Below, in pieces: positions 7,043 through 11,003 of a stretch of DNA of 11,003 bases. The notes beneath the pieces were generated by a model that saw only the letters and a program-made list of their open reading frames with translations, was not told the origin of the DNA and ran no database searches. The position numbers and the translations under genes are program-made. The DNA comes from a virus (lineage: Duplodnaviria > Heunggongvirae > Uroviricota > Caudoviricetes): the IMG/VR virus record IMGVR_UViG_2698536418_000025; one strand, written 5' to 3'. Position 1 is the stretch's first letter; each line of letters opens with the position of its first letter.

Positions 7043-8226
7043 CAGACACCTCCCAACACCGCAAATGCGGGATCAAAGTATTCATCAGTAAACGTCTGGT
7101 AAAGCTCCATATCTTCCAGCGGAGGAACGGGCGTATATTTGTAGCGAATACGCACACGCCCCTGACGTAAATCCGTGGTGCTGTTATCCACCACGTCATA
7201 CCAGCACGACGCGCCAATCAGTTTCCCGGCAGTAACCAGTGAATCCAGTTTTGCCCTGATGGCACTGATAACATCCTTCACGTTCGCAGGCGTCAGTGGA
7301 CTGTCGATGGTTTCAAACTGCGCTTCCGCAATTGAATCAGCCAGCACCTGTGCGGTTCGGGTATACACCTCAAAGATGTAGGCGTTCGTTTCCGGTGTGC
7401 GGTTGCCCCAGAAGCGGAACCCGTTGCGACGAATAATGGTCGTGATTTCTTTGTTGTTGAGGCTGTTGGCATCACTGTCTTCGGCCTGCAACGACCAGAA
7501 CACATGCCTGGACATTCCCAGCACATTTTTAACCGGAACGTTGGACAGCGATTTGTGCCAGCCCTGCTCATGGTCAATGTACGCACGAAGGCCGCACGCA
7601 TAGGCAGGCGCGGGGAACGTTTCGTTTTTGCCACTTTTCGGGTTGTAGGCGATGAAGTCCGGCCATAAGAGCATCACCTCACGTTCGTTGAATTTCTGGC
7701 GGTAGGTAATCGCCTCAGCCATCGTGTTACAGCCGTGACATGAGGCATACACAAACGCGCGCAGCTTACCCGCAATCACGCACAGGGATTTTGTCACCGC
7801 CTCCGTGTCCAGCTCCGGCGCGGCCAGAATACGCGGACGGTATCCGATGCTTTCATCCTGTTCTGCAACAAGCAGCGCATACATCCCCGTATAGCTGCCG
7901 TCATCCTCAGAACCACCGATAACCAGTTGATCCTGCGTCTTTCCGTCTTCTTCTTTGTGTTCAGCCACGCGAACGACGATCACCTTTGTGCTCACCTGGT
8001 CTGCGATGGCCTTAAGCGCACGATAAAGCGTCCCCGTTGTTCCGCATTTTCCCAGCACGTCATTGACGCGGGTCAGCAGTGTGGGCTTGTTCAGCGGGAA
8101 CAGCTTCGCGTCCGCATCATCCGCCGTTGCCACGATACCGATAACGCTGGAATCAACATCGTTAATCGCTGTTACCAGGTCGGTATTTTCCGTAACACGG
8201 GCACCATGAAAACGAGTTTCACTCAT
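7042..8226 (-). CDS. FI: Tail sheath protein (P2 gpFI family)
   Basis: The 394-aa ORF has the conserved sheath motifs FPLNKP, AIADQ, KLRAF, YRQKF, WPDF, EQGWHKSLSNV, IRRNGFRFWGNRT, YTRTAQV and TPVPPLE. AGGGGG lies 7 nt upstream of the ATG. Confidence 0.92.
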   Translation of the reverse strand: MSETRFHGARVTENTDLVTAINDVDSSVIGIVATADDADAKLFPLNKPTLLTRVNDVLGKCGTTGTLYRALKAIADQVSTKVIVVRVAEHKEEDGKTQDQLVIGGSEDDGSYTGMYALLVAEQDESIGYRPRILAAPELDTEAVTKSLCVIAGKLRAFVYASCHGCNTMAEAITYRQKFNEREVMLLWPDFIAYNPKSGKNETFPAPAYACGLRAYIDHEQGWHKSLSNVPVKNVLGMSRHVFWSLQAEDSDANSLNNKEITTIIRRNGFRFWGNRTPETNAYIFEVYTRTAQVLADSIAEAQFETIDSPLTPANVKDVISAIRAKLDSLVTAGKLIGASCWYDVVDNSTTDLRQGRVRIRYKYTPVPPLEDMELYQTFTDEYFDPAFAVLGGV

Positions 8227-8383
8227 AGCTTCACCCCCTTGTATCCGTTAAATGATTCGGCAACAATCATCACCCACCACGCGCGTAATCTCACCCCTGC
8301 GCCATTCTCCCGCCACGGCGACAACAAAAAGCAGTAACCCCCTCCGCACGCACATGCGACCATGCCGCACAGGGAGGGAACAG

Positions 8384-9493
8384 ATGACCGACACCACCAT
8401 GCAATTGCTCAGTCAGAGCACAGACCCCGTAAAAATGCCGGATTTTGATATTCTCGCGGAGGGTAAAACGCTGTCCGGCGTGGCGGAGCGCCTGATGAGC
8501 CTGTCGCTGACCGACAACCGGGGATTTGAGGCAGACCAGATCGCCATCACGCTGGATGATGCGGATGGTCAGTTGCAGCTACCGCCACGGGGCGCGCGCC
8601 TGACGGTTCTCATTGGCTGGAAAGGAGAACCGCTGACAGAAAAAGGCACTTACATTGTTGATGAAATTGCTCATGAAGGACCGCCCGACAGGCTGACTGT
8701 TTCAGCCAGAAGCGCAGATTTTCGGGATGAATTTAACGTTAAACGTGAGGTGTCCTGGCATGATGTGACCGTTGAGCGCGTGGTATCCGCCATCGCTCAT
8801 CGGTACGGTCTGAAACCGCAAATCAGCGAAATGCTGATGGATATTGAAATCGACCACGCCGACCAGACCGAAGAAAGCGACATGTCCTTCCTTACACGCA
8901 TGGCGGAAATGCTGGGCGCAATCACCACGGTAAAAAGCGGTAATCTGTTATTCATCATGCCCGGCGGTGGCGTGAATGCACAGGGCCAGCCGTTGCCCTC
9001 GTTCGCCATCACACGCAGCAGCGGCGATCGCCATCAGTTCCGCATTGCTGACCGCGAAGCGTATACGGGGGTACGCGCTTACTGGCTTGATCTTAATTAC
9101 GGGAAAAAGAAAAAAGTCAGCGTGAAACGCCGCAAACCGCCAAAACCCAAAAAGGAGAAAAGCAGCAGCCGTGAAGGTGATTATATGGAAGGTGCGGCAG
9201 GCAATGTGTTTGTGTTACGCAAGACTTACCAGAACGAGCAGGCAGCAAGGCGTGCAGCGGCGGCAAAGTGGCAGCAACTACAACGCGGAGCCGCATCATT
9301 CTCCATCACGCTGGCGCGTGGACGTGCAGAACTCTACCCTGAAATGCATGGCACGGTGACAGGCTTCAAAAGTGACATCGACAATCAGGACTGGATTATT
9401 GCAAAAGCCGAGCACACCATTGATAACAGCGGCTTTACCACGCAGCTTGAGCTTGAAGCCAAAATCCCGGAATGGATAGCGGAAACAGAATGA
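8384..9493 (+). CDS. D: P2 gpD-family tail protein (late control D)
   Basis: The ORF is about 370 aa from the ATG at 8384, which has a strong AGGGAGGG Shine-Dalgarno 5 nt upstream. The track ORF begins in frame at 8252 but that start has no visible SD. Size and position next to ogr fit gpD. Confidence 0.8.
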   Translation: MTDTTMQLLSQSTDPVKMPDFDILAEGKTLSGVAERLMSLSLTDNRGFEADQIAITLDDADGQLQLPPRGARLTVLIGWKGEPLTEKGTYIVDEIAHEGPPDRLTVSARSADFRDEFNVKREVSWHDVTVERVVSAIAHRYGLKPQISEMLMDIEIDHADQTEESDMSFLTRMAEMLGAITTVKSGNLLFIMPGGGVNAQGQPLPSFAITRSSGDRHQFRIADREAYTGVRAYWLDLNYGKKKKVSVKRRKPPKPKKEKSSSREGDYMEGAAGNVFVLRKTYQNEQAARRAAAAKWQQLQRGAASFSITLARGRAELYPEMHGTVTGFKSDIDNQDWIIAKAEHTIDNSGFTTQLELEAKIPEWIAETE

Positions 9494-9581
9494 GCAATTT
9501 AGATGCCCTTACTCAGACCTAAGTCAGTATATTTATTGCGCACACTAAGCTCATTAAGACAATTCACTCTACATTAATTTC

Positions 9582-9609
9582 TTGAACACAACCCAATAAA
9601 CGATAAAAT
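9582..9609 (+). promoter_or_regulatory. Candidate sigma70 promoter for the cargo gene
   Basis: TTGAAC (9582-9587), a 16-bp spacer, then TAAAAT (9604-9609), about 37 bp upstream of the ATG at 9646, in an AT-rich intergenic region. This is a motif match only. Confidence 0.3.
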
Positions 9610-9645
9610 TTTCATGGTATTTCTTCCCCATAATAAGAGAACTGT

Positions 9646-10251
9646 ATGAGCAATAACTGGATATATGTTGGTGCTAATATTAATGATCACCAATGGTCAA
9701 AAGTAGGAAAAACAACTCGCGGTCTGCAGAATAGACATGTCTCATCCCAGAACCCAGGGTTCTTTATTTACACTGCTTATAACATCATAGACGGTGATGT
9801 TCATGAGATTGAGTCTAATCTTTTGGTATATCTTGAGTCTCAACCTGGTGTTAAGCGTATACGTCACCTTAGCACCGGCAGTAAAAGTGAGTGTTTTTCT
9901 GTGCACCCTGAAGAAGTTGCCTGTTTAGTGGAATCATTTATCAATAATCACTATCCCTCATGTGTAACTCACGAGTTTTTATTTGACGGAATAAGCCGCT
10001 ATCAATGCCCTAAAGATTTGTATAACAATTTTAATCGACATCAGAAGCCTGATGAAAAGTTACCATCATGGTGTGAAGAGCCTTCGACACATCTTCCAAA
10101 TAATTTGAATATGTCTTCCGAAAAGTACTTTACAAGTAATCAGGTAGAACATGAAGCCGATTTAGGGAATGGATATTTTGTTGATTACCTCACAGGACTA
10201 CAGGGATATAGGGATGAAGATGGAAACGAAATTTATGATGAACCTAAATAA
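9646..10251 (+). CDS. Hypothetical cargo protein with an N-terminal GIY-YIG-like (T5orf172/MUG113-type) domain and an uncharacterised Cys-containing, acidic C-terminal half
   Basis: The 201-aa ORF has AAGAGA 5 nt upstream of the ATG. Its N-terminus has IYV (aa 6-8), KVGKTTRGLQNR (aa 19-30), HEIE (aa 53-56) and SECF (aa 81-84), arranged like the GIY / (K)IG-T / R / E pattern of T5orf172-type GIY-YIG domains. It is strongly AT-rich and sits between D and ogr. Confidence 0.6.
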   Translation: MSNNWIYVGANINDHQWSKVGKTTRGLQNRHVSSQNPGFFIYTAYNIIDGDVHEIESNLLVYLESQPGVKRIRHLSTGSKSECFSVHPEEVACLVESFINNHYPSCVTHEFLFDGISRYQCPKDLYNNFNRHQKPDEKLPSWCEEPSTHLPNNLNMSSEKYFTSNQVEHEADLGNGYFVDYLTGLQGYRDEDGNEIYDEPK

Positions 10252-10411
10252 GATAACAAATCATTAGATGGTAACTTATTGAATACAATGCATTTTTATA
10301 GTTAATTCTGAAGAGAAAACAATTCCATTTACCATTCAAAGCGGACTAACGGTTGGAGTCTGAGTCAGTACAACTTAGAATAGCGGCAGCATCACGTTAA
10401 GGGAGGTCGCT

Positions 10412-10672
10412 ATGTTCCGTTGTCCGCTTTGTGGCGCATCTGCCCGTATCCGCACCAGTCGTCCGGAAAATGATTCAAACACAGTGCGGCAAAAATATTA
10501 CCAGTGTAACAATCTGGAATGCGGCGTATGCTTCTCAACACTGGAAGCTTTCCATAAATTCACATCGAAACACGCTCCCGGCGTTCACTCTTCAGAGGGC
10601 ATCCCGTGGAATGAGCTGCCAGCTTCGCACAGGGGAAACAACCAGATGAGTTTGCCTTTACCTCAGAATTAA
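10412..10672 (+). CDS. ogr: Ogr/Delta-family zinc-finger late-gene transcriptional activator
   Basis: The 86-aa ORF begins MFRCPLCGASARIRTSR and has a second Cys pair in YYQCNNLECGVCF, giving a C-X2-C...C-X4-C zinc finger as in P2 Ogr. A strong AAGGGAGG Shine-Dalgarno lies 5 nt upstream. Confidence 0.85.
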   Translation: MFRCPLCGASARIRTSRPENDSNTVRQKYYQCNNLECGVCFSTLEAFHKFTSKHAPGVHSSEGIPWNELPASHRGNNQMSLPLPQN

Positions 10673-10732
10673 CAGGCAGAATTGCCGGAGTAACAAAAAA
10701 GCGATAGATTACGCGCGGGTGCCTTTCGGCTG

Positions 10733-10996
10733 ATGGTCGGAGGGAATACCCGAAGGCCAGATGTGGAAAGGCCCCGGAAAACATTTCTGTTTAACCGAGG
10801 CCCTAACCGCATTACCTTGACAAGTGAAAGGTTAGCGCCTCTCCGGAAAAGGAGCAAGTGCTATGTCGCAAAAATCGCTTACGGCCATCACGTTCTGCGT
10901 GACGGCAATCCTCATCATCTGGATGCTGCACGGTTCGCTGTGCGAAATACGGATGAGCTTCTGGGGAGCGGAGTTTGCGGCGTTCTTACAGTGTAA
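10733..10996 (+). CDS. Mok-like overlapping reading frame of the hok locus (start uncertain)
   Basis: The 87-aa ORF is in a different frame from hok, overlaps nearly all of it, and ends 7 nt before the hok stop, the geometry of mok in hok/sok loci. It has no recognisable sequence motif of its own. Confidence 0.3.
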   Translation: MVGGNTRRPDVERPRKTFLFNRGPNRITLTSERLAPLRKRSKCYVAKIAYGHHVLRDGNPHHLDAARFAVRNTDELLGSGVCGVLTV

Positions 10997-11003
10997 GCAG
11001 TAA
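10863..11003 (+). CDS. hok: Hok/Gef-family type I toxin (small membrane peptide)
   Basis: Hand translation gives MSQKSLTAITFCVTAILIIWMLHGSLCEIRMSFWGAEFAAFLQCKQ (46 aa): an N-terminal hydrophobic helix followed by SLCEIR and E-x-AAF motifs matching Hok family toxins (Hok R1 has ...SLCEIRYRDGHREVAAFMA). AAGGAG lies 8 nt upstream of the ATG. Confidence 0.75.
   Translation: MSQKSLTAITFCVTAILIIWMLHGSLCEIRMSFWGAEFAAFLQCKQ

Noticed and set aside
8305-8311. TTCTCCC heptamer matching the left arm of the crossover sites, in the FI-D intergenic region
   Set aside because: The following sequence lacks the AAACC / GGTTT dyad of a hix/gix site, so a 7-bp match is not enough to call a recombination site. 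It is noted only because it sits at an inversion breakpoint.
7927-8337. 136-aa plus-strand ORF
   Set aside because: It is antisense to the 5' end of the sheath gene and runs through the FI-D intergenic region; it is a shadow ORF.
8252-8383. N-terminal extension of D from the ATG at 8252
   Set aside because: There is no Shine-Dalgarno upstream of 8252, whereas the in-frame ATG at 8384 has AGGGAGGG 5 nt upstream. The extension (MIRQQSSPTTRV...) is low-complexity and would start inside the FI promoter region.
10431-10649. 72-aa plus-strand ORF overlapping ogr
   Set aside because: It is an alternate frame inside ogr; the ogr frame has the zinc-finger motif and a strong SD.
1-11003. CRISPR array, tRNA or rRNA genes, integrase or attachment core
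   Set aside because: No regularly spaced direct repeats, no cloverleaf-like tRNA candidates and no tyrosine integrase ORF were seen. An attachment core after ogr could not be identified by eye.

Overview
This window is a P2-family contractile-tail module from an enterobacterial prophage or tailocin-like element, and its gene order is rearranged relative to P2. All calls rest on reading the sequence and ORF track by eye and on recalled family motifs; no database search was run. Left to right: minus-strand tail-fibre cassettes (1-1997) containing two 26-bp Hin/Gin-type crossover sites; a Gin/Pin/Cin/Hin-family serine invertase (2025-2624, +); a minus-strand block U, T, E/E', FII, FI (2651-8226); then on the plus strand D (8384-9493), an AT-rich single-gene insertion (9646-10251), the Ogr zinc-finger late activator (10412-10672) and a Hok-family toxin with an overlapping Mok-like frame (10733-11003). 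The most interesting candidate is the 201-aa cargo protein between D and ogr, whose N-terminus looks like a GIY-YIG/T5orf172-type domain and which may be an uncharacterised single-gene anti-phage or moron function. Also notable are the degenerate invertase-associated fibre cassettes, the inverted FI-U block, and the hok locus at the right edge.
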